32,000 nt of DNA from Mycoplasma mycoides subsp. capri (GTDB lineage Bacteria; Bacillota_I; Bacilli_A; Mycoplasmatales; Mycoplasmataceae), in NCBI RefSeq assembly GCF_018389705.1, contig NZ_CP065581.1:450001-482000 (forward strand), written 5' to 3'. Every line of letters starts with the position of its first letter. Position 1 is the first letter of the stretch. The notes under the pieces are model-generated. The model ran no database searches. It saw only the letters and a list, made by a program, of their open reading frames with translations, and had not been told where the DNA came from. Below, piece after piece: positions 17,852 through 28,922 of this stretch. The position numbers were made by a program, and so were the translations under genes.

Positions 17852-20590
17852 TTATTTGATATGTTTTTTATTTTTGTTTTTAATTATAATTATGATTATT
17901 GCAATTATAGTTATTAAACTAATAGGTAAAATTATTGATAAAACTATAATTGAAATATTTTTGTTTTTATTGTTTTGTAAGTTATATTTTTCAAGATTAA
18001 CCTTTATTGTTGATGAAGAATCATGATTAAGATCATCTTTATATTTAAAATAAACTATTTTATTAAAAGGAATTTCTAACTTATCAAGTGAATGATATTC
18101 TTTAAACACTTTATTATCATATGAATATAAAACTTTATTATCAAATATTAATTTATCTTTATTTATAATTGATGATTTTGAAATCTGTTTTGGTTTTATT
18201 GATCATTTAAATTCTAATTTGTTTTTATTGTTATTAAATACATAATTATTATCAATAATCTCTAATGTTGTTATATAGTTTCCTGAATTAATATGTTCAT
18301 TATTAGTTATTTTTATAATGTTTTTATCAATTGGTGTATCAAATTCTAGTTTATGATAGTTTGTATCATATATAAATGTATTTTCTAGTTTAGGTTTGAT
18401 ATTTATTATTCTTTTTACAGGATTGATATTAAAATCAAGATTATATGTTTTGTTATTATATTTAAATTCTAAAATAATTTTATTGTCATTATATTTTATT
18501 GTATCAATGTATTGATTATTAATATTTTTAATTTTTACATTTGGTTTTATATGTTTTATTTGGTTATTATCTATTATTTTAATATCAAATTCATCATTAA
18601 TTTTTTGATTTATTAAATAGTATTTTTTAATATTATTTATTATTAAAGTGGGTTCTTTTTCTTCAAATACAGGTTTAATAATAATTGGTGTATTATATGT
18701 TTGATTATTAGTTTTATGTTTATTACCTATATAATTTAAATCTAATACATTAGTTTTTAAACTATTTATAATTTCATATGATATATAGTACTTATTTTTA
18801 GATTGATCAAATAATAAATCTTCTTCTTCTCCGTTTTTATTTATATATACATATTTTAAAAACTTCAAATTATTATTTGTAGGTGTTTCTAAATACTTTT
18901 TATCAAAATAACTATTTTTAAAAAAAGGAATTTCATTAGTTAAGTTTTTAATTTTAGTATTATTTGTTAAATAAATTTTTACAAAATAATAATTAATATT
19001 ATTATCTAGTCTATAAAATTGATACTTATTTGAAGCTATTTTTTTATTATCTACATATTTATCTATATCTAATTGAAATTCATTTTGATCCTTATTTAAG
19101 ATAGTTTCAGGTTTTAAGATATCTTTTTGATTTATTTTATAGTTTATTTTATCTTTTTTATCACTATAAAGATAAAGAGGTTTGTATTCAAAATTAAGAT
19201 TATTGTTTTTATCTATAAGAATTACAGGTAAATTGTCATTTGCAACAAAACTATTATAGTTATGAAAAACTAAATGTTGTTTATTATTATAATCTCAATA
19301 TGAGTTAGCTGAAATTGTATTTGTTTGATCTAAAAGATAAATTTGTCTATGTTCATGTTTAACTTTTATTGTATTTGTTTTATCTTTTAATAAACTATAT
19401 TGATAGATTAGTTTAACTGTATAACTACCAGATTTTAATTTATCTTTACTTTTTATTATTATTTTATTTTGATCAGCATTTATTTTAAATAAATCAGAAA
19501 CATCAAGATCATTTAAATAAATATAAGCATTAATATTATAGAGTTTAGCAAGATTATTATTAATGTGATATTCTATTTTTACATCTTGAGTTGTATTAAA
19601 AATATTTGTGTTTTTTGCTTTTGAACTATAGTTTTTTTGACCATAATTTTTTGTATTGTAATAATTAGAAAATTCGTTATTAAAATTATTATTACTTTTT
19701 GAAATTAATAATTTATCAGCAATATATTCATACCCATTTAAATCATTAATAATTGCTTTTGAGTTATAAGGTAAAAAATTTATTCCATCATTATTACTAT
19801 AATAACCATCACTATTTAAAACAATAAAAGCACCTTTAGAATTATCACTAGCTAAATATTGATCATCTCATCCAATAATACTTACAGCATGTGCATTTAT
19901 TTTACTAGTATAAATTAGTTCATGAACTTTAGTTTTATTATTAGTTTTTATACTAATATGTTTGTAGTTTTGATTTTCTTTAGTAGCATAGTTTTTAATT
20001 GGAACAAATAATGAACCATTATTTACTATATGTTTTTTTATATTTAAAAGATCGTATCTATTAAAACTAACATCTTTTACTTGATCTCTAAATGATTTAA
20101 TGTTTTTAGAATTGTATATTTTTTGTAATCAAGTTTTATATTGACCTTTATTTGGTACATAATATAAATCACCAAGCTTAAAATCAGATTCAAAACTGAT
20201 TCCATTTTCTTTAATTAGTTGATCATAATCAAAAAATCAAGCACCACCAGCAATTAGATCTTTTTGATTGATTGAAATGCTTGCTTCTGATAAATCATAC
20301 ATTTCATTATTATTAATCATTAATGAGGTTTCTAATGATTTTGTAGCACTAAAATCTCAACACAACCCAGTATTATATTGATATTGATTAAATAAAATAT
20401 AATCATCTCTTAAAGAATAATATGATCTATTTTCTTTTGATAAATTAGTATTATTTGAAGTATTAGTAATCATTTTATTAACATAAGTTATGTTAATATT
20501 TTGATTTGTTTTTAAAAATATAAAAAAAATAACAACAAATATTATTATTGATTGTAATAATAAAATAATTTTTTTATTAGTTTTTTTCAT
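17852..20590 (-). pseudogene. Membrane-anchored papain-like (clan CA, C1-type) cysteine peptidase, ~912 codons, reading frame locally disrupted at 19798-19862
   Basis: All three track ORFs share one frame. I translated 20590 to 17852 by hand under table 4. Motifs are QYNTGLCWDFS, NAHAVSIIGWDD and FIVLNSDG, with N- and C-terminal TM helices. The 20 codons 19860-19801 are readable only in another frame, and the main frame has 4 stops there. Confidence 0.6.
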
Positions 20591-20737
20591 AATCTTATTA
20601 GTAATTAAAATTAAAACTGTAAATTAATTTTATAATTACAGTTTTTTTATTTAAATAATAGTTTTAATATTTATTATATTTTAAAATTTATAATTTATAT
20701 ATCTACTTCAATATTAATTATAAAACATAGGAGAAAG

Positions 20738-21961
20738 ATGTTTAACAAAACTATTATTCATATAGATATGGATGCTTTTTTTGCAAGTTGTATGCAATTA
20801 AAACACCCTGAATTAAAAAATAAACCTATAGTAATTTCTAATAGTTTTGATAAATCTATTATTTCAACAGCTAGTTATGAAGCTAGAAAATATAATATAA
20901 AAGCAGCTATGCCTTTATTTAAAGCAAAAAAACTTTATCCTCAAATTATAAGTGTTAAACCAGATATGATTTTTATTAATAATATTTCACATCAAATTTG
21001 AGAATTTATAAAAAATAATTATACTAATAAAATTGAAGTTGCTTCAATTGATGAAGCTTATTTAGATGTAAGTGATTTGGTTAAAAATACAAATGTACTT
21101 ATACTAGCTAAAAATATTCAAAAAGATATTTATGATCAATTTAATCTAACTTGTTCAATTGGAATTGGGTTTAATAGATTTAGTGCTAAAATGTCAACTA
21201 GTTTACATAAACCAAACGGAATTACTTTAACAACAACTAGTAATTTTAAAGATAACATTTGACCTATTTCAATTAATAAAATGTATGGTTTTGGTCAATC
21301 AGCAGCTAAACTTTTAAATAATACAAAAATTAAAACTATTAAAGATTTAGCTTTATTAAGTGATGTTGAAGTTTATCAATTATTAAATAAAAAAGGTCTA
21401 GCTTTAAAAAGTGAAGCTTTAGGTTTAGGAAGTGATTATATTAATTATTTATCAAATGATTATAAAAGTATTTCAAAAGAAACAACTTTAAATACACCAA
21501 TTTATCAATATGATGAAATAGAAACTATTATTTTGAATTTATCTAAATTTATTTCATATAAATTACACAAAAATCAATTATTATGTAAAACTATTGAAAT
21601 TAAAATTAGATATAAAATTGATGAAAAACTTTTTGATAAACAAAAAAACTTAACAAGTAGACACAAACAAATTACTTTAAAAAACCACACTAATGATTTT
21701 GAAAAAATCTATAATAGTGCATTAGACTGTTTTTATAGTTTATATGATCAAAATAAAGGAATTTTATTAATTGGAGTAGGTGTTAGCAAACTAATTCATA
21801 AAAATCAAAATTGAGTACAACTTGATATTGAAAATCAAACCAAAGTTGATAAAAATCAAATAGATAATGCTTTAAAAATAGAAAATATGATTTTTGATAT
21901 TAATAAAAAATTTAAAAAACCAGTTATTTTAAAAGCTAAAGATTTAAAAAAATCTAGCTAA
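20738..21961 (+). CDS. dinB: DNA polymerase IV (Y-family)
   Basis: IIHIDMDAFFASC, SIDEAYLD and the GIG...AK region. Three track ORFs joined across 4 TGA codons to TAA 21959-21961. Confidence 0.9.
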
Positions 21962-21969
21962 TAACTGGT

Positions 21970-23073
21970 TTAAATTAAAGGTTCGTTTAAGCTAACTAGT
22001 ACAGTTTTTTGATCTGATGGAATATTAATTCTAATAATCATTTCAGTTTCAACTTTAAAATTAATTCACCCTAATCCAGATATTGAAATATCATATCAAT
22101 TGTTTAAATGTTCTTTTGTAAATTTAAATTCATAAACTTGAATTTTTTCACTATTGTTTATATATGGAATTAAGTTTTTTCTATTATTATTTCAATACCT
22201 TATAACATTTTTAGTATTAGTTCTATGTAAGTTAATTTCTTTATTTGTATAAATATGAAAATTAGTTTTTTGATTAGATGAACTTAAATAATCAAATCAA
22301 CAAACTCCTGAAAAAAATATTGAATTATTAGGTGTTAATTGATAAGTAAATTGCTGAATTTCTTTTTTAAAATAACAATAACTTTGAAATCTTTTATTCA
22401 TTAAATTAGCAATACTGTTTTTTCTACTAACTCCAGCACTATCAAAAATAGTTGTATTTGTATCTAATTGAATTTCAATAAAATCTAAAGTAGTATTAAA
22501 ATATTTTGAAACAACTATACTTGGAATTAATTGATTTATTTCTAGCATTTTATTAATCAAACTAGATTTACCAACATTACTTGCTCCAATAAAGTATTGT
22601 TGGTTTTTATTATTTTTAATTACTTTGTTTAATAAAGGTTCAACTAAGTTAATCTTATTAGCACTAGTTAAAAAGATTTCTAAATTTTTTAAACAACTAG
22701 TTTTAAAGACATTATTAATATAATTTCTAATTTTTTCAAGTTTAATAGATTTTGGTAGTAAATCTATTTTATTAACTACTAAAATAACTTTAAAATCTTT
22801 AATTAAGTTTTCTATTTCTAATATTCTTGATCCAAATAAATCGAAAACATCTAAAACATAATAAAAAACTAAATCATTATTTTTATTTTCATTAACTAAT
22901 GTTGAAATTTTATTAATAAATTGTTGATCATTAATTTCACTATCTACTAATTGATTGTAGTTTTTAATTTTAAAACATCTTAAACAATAAGCGTGTTCAG
23001 TATCATTTACATAACCTTGTTCAAATTTATTTATTGTTTGTAATAAACTCCCACAACCTAAACATGATTTCAT
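21970..23073 (-). CDS. yqeH: Ribosome biogenesis GTPase YqeH (circularly permuted GTPase with N-terminal zinc finger)
   Basis: CLGCG ... CLRCF zinc finger. NKID (G4) precedes GASNVGKSS (G1). Extended through 5 TGA codons to TAA (complement of 21970-21972). SD AGGAG. Confidence 0.88.
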
Positions 23074-23081
23074 AAAAACTC

Positions 23082-24002
23082 CTAATCTTTTTTAATATAT
23101 TTATTATTAGTGTTCTTAAATTTAGAAAAAGCATAAATAAAATCTATTAAATATAAAATCTTTAAAACATCATTAAAACAATGAGTTTTTGCTAATTTCA
23201 CACTTTTATTTAAAACTTTAAATTCATCTATACTTATTTTATCTAGTGAAAATAATTTTAAAGCATTACAACAACTTAAATAAATATCTTCAGTATCATT
23301 TAAATTATTATCATTAAAAATATCTTTAGCATAATCAATGAATTTTCTTAAACTAGGAATTGTAATTGTATTTTCTCCTATTCAGCCTTTTTGAATGTTT
23401 TTAGGATTATAAAATTGTTGATTTTGATTATCTAAATTAACAAATGACAAATGATTTAACACTTGATAAATATCTAAACTATTAATTCTATATTCATTAG
23501 TAGTTTTATCTAATATAAATAAATCGGATTTTTTATTTTTTAATAAATTCTTATTTTCATTTACTCAAGATTCAATAATCTTTTTATCATTACTTTGTCC
23601 AGCAAAAATAATGGTTTTAATTTTTTTATTAATACACATATTAATAAAGCTCTTTTTTAACAAATTATATTGTTTAAAAAAGTCATAAGTTTTATCATTA
23701 TAATTTCTTTTTATAGCTAATGATTTAATTGCTTTGCGATTAATTCTGTTATAAATTTCTTCTAAGTTTTTTGCAAATGAGTATTGTAAAATATAAACTA
23801 AATCTTTTTGAGTATCATTATATAAAGTTGGTTGAATTTCTTCTTTATTATGACTTTTGTTAAAAAACTCAGTATCAACAATTATTGCTGGTCAATTAAT
23901 TTGGTTTAGTATTTTAGTAATTTCTTTTTTGTTAATATAAAAGTATTGATATTTGTTTAAATAGTATTTTTCATTTTCAACGATAATTTTATTAAAATTC
24001 AT
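23082..24002 (-). CDS. Hypothetical protein (306 aa) with DEDDh-exonuclease-like motif pattern
   Basis: Frame verified line by line, with 3 TGA and no TAA/TAG. IIVDTEFF, GQSNDKKII and HCFND are spaced like Exo I/II/III. Its TAG stop overlaps the yqeH SD. Confidence 0.6.
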
Positions 24003-24077
24003 CTTTATCATCTTTTCTATTTATAATAATATCAAAATATGATATTTAATATATTGTTAAAATAAGAAAAGGTAAAT

Positions 24078-24887
24078 ATGTCAAAAGAACTTACAGTTAG
24101 TCAATTTTTTTTAGTGACAGTTCAACAACATTTAATTAATAACTTATTAGAAGAAAATAAAAAGAAATCATCTAAAAATAAAACAACAAAATCAAAAATC
24201 AAAGTTTATACTAAAACAAATATAACTTCTTTAATTGATAAATACCCACTTAGATTTCAAGAAATGATCTATGATCTTTTTGATATAAATAATTGAAGTG
24301 AATTAAAAGAATTTTTAAATTTTAGAAATGAAGAAATTAAAAATGAAATGACACCACCATCTTTAATAACTTCACAAAATAATCCTGAAAATTTAGAAAT
24401 TGTTGAACAATTAAAAGAACTAGTAAATTTAATGACAAGCATTAATCTTTTATCACTTACTTATGAATCTTTAGATGACATTGAATATTTATTTCCTAAA
24501 TTAGGTGAAAATGAATTAATAAAAAACGTTAATACTGAAGATATTTCTTATTTATTTGATAATCTTTTAAATAAATTAATTGAAAGTGTAAAAGAAGAAT
24601 ATTTAAAATATTTTGATGAAGACCAACAAGATATTTTATTGTTATTTGATAGTATAAAATCAACTAACATATCACTTGTTAAAAAAACACTATTAGATAA
24701 ACTTTTTAAATATTTTGAAAATAAAAAAATAGAATTTTCTGATAGTTTTATGTCTGATTTTTTATACGGAAATCCTGAAAAATTAATTGCTGGATATAGA
24801 ATTGTAAGAAATCTAATTAGAATTGATTTTTTAATTAGTTTATCTGATTTTATTCTTCTTTATATGGCTGAAATTATTAAAAAATAA
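24078..24887 (+). CDS. Hypothetical acidic protein (269 aa)
   Basis: Two track ORFs lie in one frame and are joined across a single TGA at 24294. SD AAAAGG. No motif recognised. Confidence 0.6.
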
Positions 24888-24902
24888 AATTTTTAAATTA
24901 AT

Positions 24903-26261
24903 TTAGTTTGTTTTTATTCCTTTAACTCTTGAAGCATAATATAAAGCTCCTCCAATAGTTGGATGAGTATAAACAGTTTTTTGTAGTGTAGAAAAACTTA
25001 ATTTTTGTTGCATAAATAATCCAATTTGGTTAATTAAAATATTAGCATTTTCTATCATCATAAAACATCCTAAAATTTTTTCAGTTTGTTTTGAGACTAG
25101 AAATTTAATAAACGAATATTCATTAACAATTCCATCAGCATGAGCTCTAGGAAGAGCTTTTGAATTAATCATAATTGATTCAAATTCAATATTTTGTTCT
25201 TTTAGTTGTTGTTCAGTTAAACCAATTCCAGCAATTTCAGGATTTAAATAAATTGCTCAAGTTACTAAATTTTTATCAAATTTTTCATGATTAGTTTTTA
25301 AAATATTTCTAGCTACAATATCTCCTGTTTTATAAGCAACAGATGATAATAAAGTTAAGCCAGTAATATCACCAATTGCATAAATATTATCAAAATTAGT
25401 TTTCATAAATTCATCAACTATTACAAAACCATTTTTATCTTTTTTAATATCAAGATTAATAAATGATTCGTTATTTGGAACTCTACCTACAGCTAATAGA
25501 ATTTTTTCACTTTCAATAAAACTATCATTATAAAATACTTTATTATTATCAATTTTTTTAATATTTGCATTTTCAATAACTTTAATTTGTTTTTCATTAA
25601 AGTATTGTTTTACACCTTTTTGAATATCAATATCAAATCTTAATAAAAAATTGGTATTAGTTAAAATAGTAACTTTTGATCCTAAAGTATTATATAAATA
25701 TGCAAATTCTAACGAAATAGGTCCATCTCCAATAATTGTTAGTGAGCTTGGGACATTTTCTAAAAATAAGGCTTGATCTGAATCTAATAAATATCCATTT
25801 TTTTGTGATTGTTCTAGTCCTTCTAAATTAATAATTTTTGCTCTAGTTCCTGTTGCTAGTACTAATTTATCAAAACTAATAATTTGATCATTTATTTTAA
25901 TAGAATTTTTATCTAGAACTTCGCCAACACCTTTAAAAAAACTAATCTGATTTAACTCAATTTGGTTTTTTATAGAATTGTTAAAAAACTTTTTATTATC
26001 AAGTCTTCTTTGTTGCATTTTTTTAAAATCAAATGAAATATTATCTGCATTAATTCCAAATTTTTCACTATTTTTAACTAGTTCAAAAACTTTAGCTGAT
26101 TTAATTAAAGTTTTAGTAGGAACACATCCTTTATTTATACAAGTTCCACCTAAATCTTCTTTTTCAATCAAAGCAACTTTTTTATTATTTAAACTTAAAA
26201 TATTTGCTAAACTATAACCACCAGGTCCTGCACCTAAAACTACTACATCAAATTTTTGCAT
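24903..26261 (-). CDS. Class I pyridine nucleotide-disulfide oxidoreductase (dihydrolipoyl dehydrogenase family)
   Basis: VVLGAGPGGY FAD fold, redox disulfide GGTCINKGCVPTK, C-terminal HPT motif (YTHPTIGGAL). Two track ORFs joined across TGA at 25257 and 25173. SD AGGAG. Confidence 0.85.
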
Positions 26262-26337
26262 AACTACTCCTTTAATGTTTATCTTATTTAATATCTTAAT
26301 TTAAATATAAAAATATTAGGATTTTTAAATGTTTAAA

Positions 26338-27261
26338 TTAAAAGTTTTGTATATATTTTAAACCTTTATAAGTAATTTCTCTTCCTTTAATTGTTCTAAT
26401 AATTAAACTTTCTCTTATTAAAAAAGGTTCTATATTATTTGCAATAATTAAAGGAGTTGTATTTAATAAATGTGCTATGTTATCTAATCCAATTCTTTTA
26501 TTTTTAGCAATCATTTTTAAATAATTAATTTCAGTTATTGTTAAACCTAGTTCATAAATTTCTAGTTTCTCTAATACTTTTTTAATGTAATTAATATCAA
26601 TTATTTTAGGATTATCACAAATGATGTGATCTTTAATTCTTTTAATTAAATTAATAGCAATTCTTGGAGTTTTTCTACAAAAACTAGCTAAATATAAATA
26701 AATATCTTGATCAAGTTTAATTTGAAATTTATTACAATATAATTCAACAATTTTACTCATATCTTCTAAATTATATTCTTGCATTGTGAAATTAATTGGA
26801 AATCTATTTAACAAAGGTAAAGGAATTTTATTAATCTCAGTAGTAGCACAAATAATTGTAAATTTAGGTAAATCAATATTTACAACTTTAGAATTATAGT
26901 CTTTACCAATAATAATATTTAGTTTATTTTCTTCTAATACTGGATAAATAATTTCTAAAACTTCTTTATTAACTGCATGAATTTCATCAATAAATAAAAC
27001 ATCTTTTTCTTTAATACTAGTTAGAATTGAAATAATATCACTAGCTTTTTGTAAATTAGGACCATTTAAAATTCTAATGTTTGTTTTTAATTGTTTTGCT
27101 AATAAATAAGCTAAACTAGTTTTTCCATACCCACTTGGTCCATAAATAAAAATATGATCAACAACTTTATTTTGTTTTTTTGCAGATTTAATAAAGACTT
27201 TTAAATTATCTAAAATATTAGTCTGACCAATATATTCTTCTCATTTTTCAGGTCTAAACAT
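26338..27261 (-). CDS. ruvB: Holliday junction branch migration helicase RuvB
   Basis: MFRPEKW(TGA)EEYIGQ, Walker A GPSGYGKTS, FIDEIH. Frame verified from ATG (complement of 27259-27261). Confidence 0.9.
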
Positions 27262-27277
27262 AAAAAACTTCTTTCTA

Positions 27278-27838
27278 TTAGTTATATAAATAACTTAATT
27301 GTTCTAATACATATTTAGTTAAATCTTCAATACTCATATTTTCATCTATACTAATAATGATTTTATAAATGTCTTTAGTTTTATAACCTAGTTTTTCTAA
27401 ACTTGTAATCACTTTGTTTTTCTTATCACTAATTTTGTTATTAAATAATTCCTTTTGTACACTATTAATTATTAGTCTTGCTGTATAACTTCCAATTCCT
27501 TTTAGTTGTAGTATTTTATCAGTTCTTCCATTTTTAAAAATATCAATTAGTTCATTATAGTTATAATTTTCTAAAATCAAAAAAGCAGTTTTTTCTCCAA
27601 TTGTATTAATATTTATTAAAAGTTCAAAAAGATCTCTTATTAATTGATTTTTAAACCCATAATATTTAAAAACATTATCAATTACATTAATTGCAACATA
27701 TACTTGATTATTTTGATTTAGTTTAAGATCTTTAAGATCACTTTTTAAATATAAAAATCTATACCCAGAATTATTTGATTCAATATATAAATACTTATCA
27801 TCAATTTTATGTAATAAACCATTGATATAATCGTTCAT
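27278..27838 (-). CDS. ruvA: Holliday junction DNA-binding protein RuvA
   Basis: Lies directly upstream of ruvB. 186 aa with a helix-hairpin-helix region LQLKGIGSYTARLII. Confidence 0.85.
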   Translation of the reverse strand: MNDYINGLLHKIDDKYLYIESNNSGYRFLYLKSDLKDLKLNQNNQVYVAINVIDNVFKYYGFKNQLIRDLFELLININTIGEKTAFLILENYNYNELIDIFKNGRTDKILQLKGIGSYTARLIINSVQKELFNNKISDKKNKVITSLEKLGYKTKDIYKIIISIDENMSIEDLTKYVLEQLSYLYN

Positions 27839-27900
27839 AATCTCACCTCATATAAGTATTAGAAAAAAATATTTAAAAGTAACTAAATATTTAAAAAAGT

Positions 27901-27927
27901 ATAAAAAAAGAGTCATTAAAGACTCTT
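27901..27927 (-). terminator. Intrinsic terminator after rpsU
   Basis: AAGAGTC/GACTCTT stem. On the minus strand it is followed by a T7 run. Confidence 0.65.
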
Positions 27928-27946
27928 AATTATAAATTATTAACCA

Positions 27947-28111
27947 CTATTTGTATTTACGGTTTTGTTTTTGTTTGTAAATACGTTTTTCTTTTTTGCT
28001 TAAGTGGTATTCACGTTTTCTAGCTTCTGCTTTATTTGATGAAGCAACTTTTTGAAAGCGTTTTAATGCTTTTTCAATTGTTTCTCCATCATGAACAATA
28101 ACACTTGCCAT
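27947..28111 (-). CDS. rpsU: 30S ribosomal protein S21
   Basis: MASVIVHDGETIEKALKRFQK ... basic tail. I prefer ATG at 28111 over the track's upstream TTG at 28129. Confidence 0.85.
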   Translation of the reverse strand: MASVIVHDGETIEKALKRFQKVASSNKAEARKREYHLSKKEKRIYKQKQNRKYK

Positions 28112-28195
28112 TAACTTTTTCAACTCCAATTCAATACAAAAATAATTATATCTTAAGTTGTTAAAAAAATAAAGACTTTTAATGTTTTTGTGTTG

Positions 28196-28514
28196 GAATT
28201 TTTAATAATTTTTCAAATTACTTTTTTAAATAAAAATAGATTTTATTAGTAAATAAGTAGTATATTTACTATTTTTCTACTTTATAAACGGTCACTATTA
28301 TACCATATTTTCATTAACATATTGCATTATATATATATATATATAATGAATGTATGTTATATATGTTTGGATTTGTATATAACAAGTATTTTTAAAGTTT
28401 TTATAAGGAGATATTAAATTGAAAAAATTATTAACTATTTTAAGTTCATTTGGTTTAATTGCTACAACTGGTGCTAGTGTAGTAGCTTGTAAAAATGATC
28501 AATCAAATTCTTTA
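28196..28514 (+). repeat. Direct repeat copy 1: promoter + 5'UTR + signal-peptide cassette of the lipoprotein family
   Basis: Near-identical to 28923-29247 apart from TA-tract length, a few 1-2 nt indels and a few substitutions. Confidence 0.85.
28322..28345 (+). promoter_or_regulatory. Candidate phase-variable promoter: TTGCAT, (TA)8, TATAAT
   Basis: (TA)8 spans 28328-28343. TATAAT (28340-28345) overlaps the end of the tract. The spacer is 12 nt. Confidence 0.6.
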
Positions 28515-28850
28515 TCATCTAGTGAAGAAGAAAATAAAAATTTAGGTTCTGCTCCAATAGAAGAGAAGAAAGAAGAAAATACTGATATAAACAAAGAAAA
28601 AGAAAAATTCAAAAATCAAATAGCAGTATTAACTGAAAAAGAAAAACAAGCAGAAAATTTATTAGAAACTATTAAAAAAGGTGTTGAAAAAGTAAATAAT
28701 TTATCTAATGAAGATAAAGAAAAGCAAAAACATAATTTAGAAACATTAAATACACAAAAACGTGAAGTTGAGAAACAATTAGAAACAATAAAGGTAACTA
28801 AAAAAGATTTAGAATTGAAATTAAACAAGTTAGAGAGTAATAATTCATAA
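28419..28850 (+). CDS. Coiled-coil surface lipoprotein, paralog 1 (143 aa, TTG start)
   Basis: SD AAGGAG 7 nt before the TTG start. MKKLLTILSSFGLIATTGASVVAC lipobox. E/K-rich heptad-like C-terminal region. Confidence 0.8.
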   Translation: MKKLLTILSSFGLIATTGASVVACKNDQSNSLSSSEEENKNLGSAPIEEKKEENTDINKEKEKFKNQIAVLTEKEKQAENLLETIKKGVEKVNNLSNEDKEKQKHNLETLNTQKREVEKQLETIKVTKKDLELKLNKLESNNS

Positions 28851-28922
28851 TCTAATTTATTTAATAAAAAACTTTATAAAAATATAGATCTATTTATTTT
28901 TTGTATGTAAATAGCTTTTTTT

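Noticed and set aside
20613-20648. 10-bp perfect hairpin AAAACTGTAA/TTACAGTTTT plus a T-run in the divergent protease/dinB intergenic region
   Set aside because: It looks like a terminator, but no gene ends here on either strand. It could be a regulatory structure or a chance AT-rich palindrome, and there is not enough evidence to call a feature.
20738-21961. Apparent pseudogene fragmentation of dinB (3 ORFs), and likewise nanK, pepV, the SSS transporter, lpd, ruvB, yqeH and plsC
   Set aside because: All fragments of each gene share one frame and are separated only by TGA codons. Under table 4 they are intact genes, so I did not call them pseudogenes.
21959-21972. dinB and yqeH converge with only 8 nt between their stop codons and no terminator hairpin
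   Set aside because: Tight convergent packing is common in reduced genomes, and no further signal was visible.
25978-26217. 79-aa plus-strand ORF
   Set aside because: It is antisense to the FAD-binding and redox-disulfide region of the Lpd-family gene, whose motifs clearly define the real frame.
28616-28828. 70-aa minus-strand ORF antisense to lipoprotein paralog 1 (a similar one lies at 30213-30437 opposite paralog 3)
   Set aside because: It is a product of GAA/AAA-rich low-complexity coding sequence read in reverse as TTC/TTT. It has no SD or signal features, and the sense genes have an SD, a lipobox and paralog conservation.
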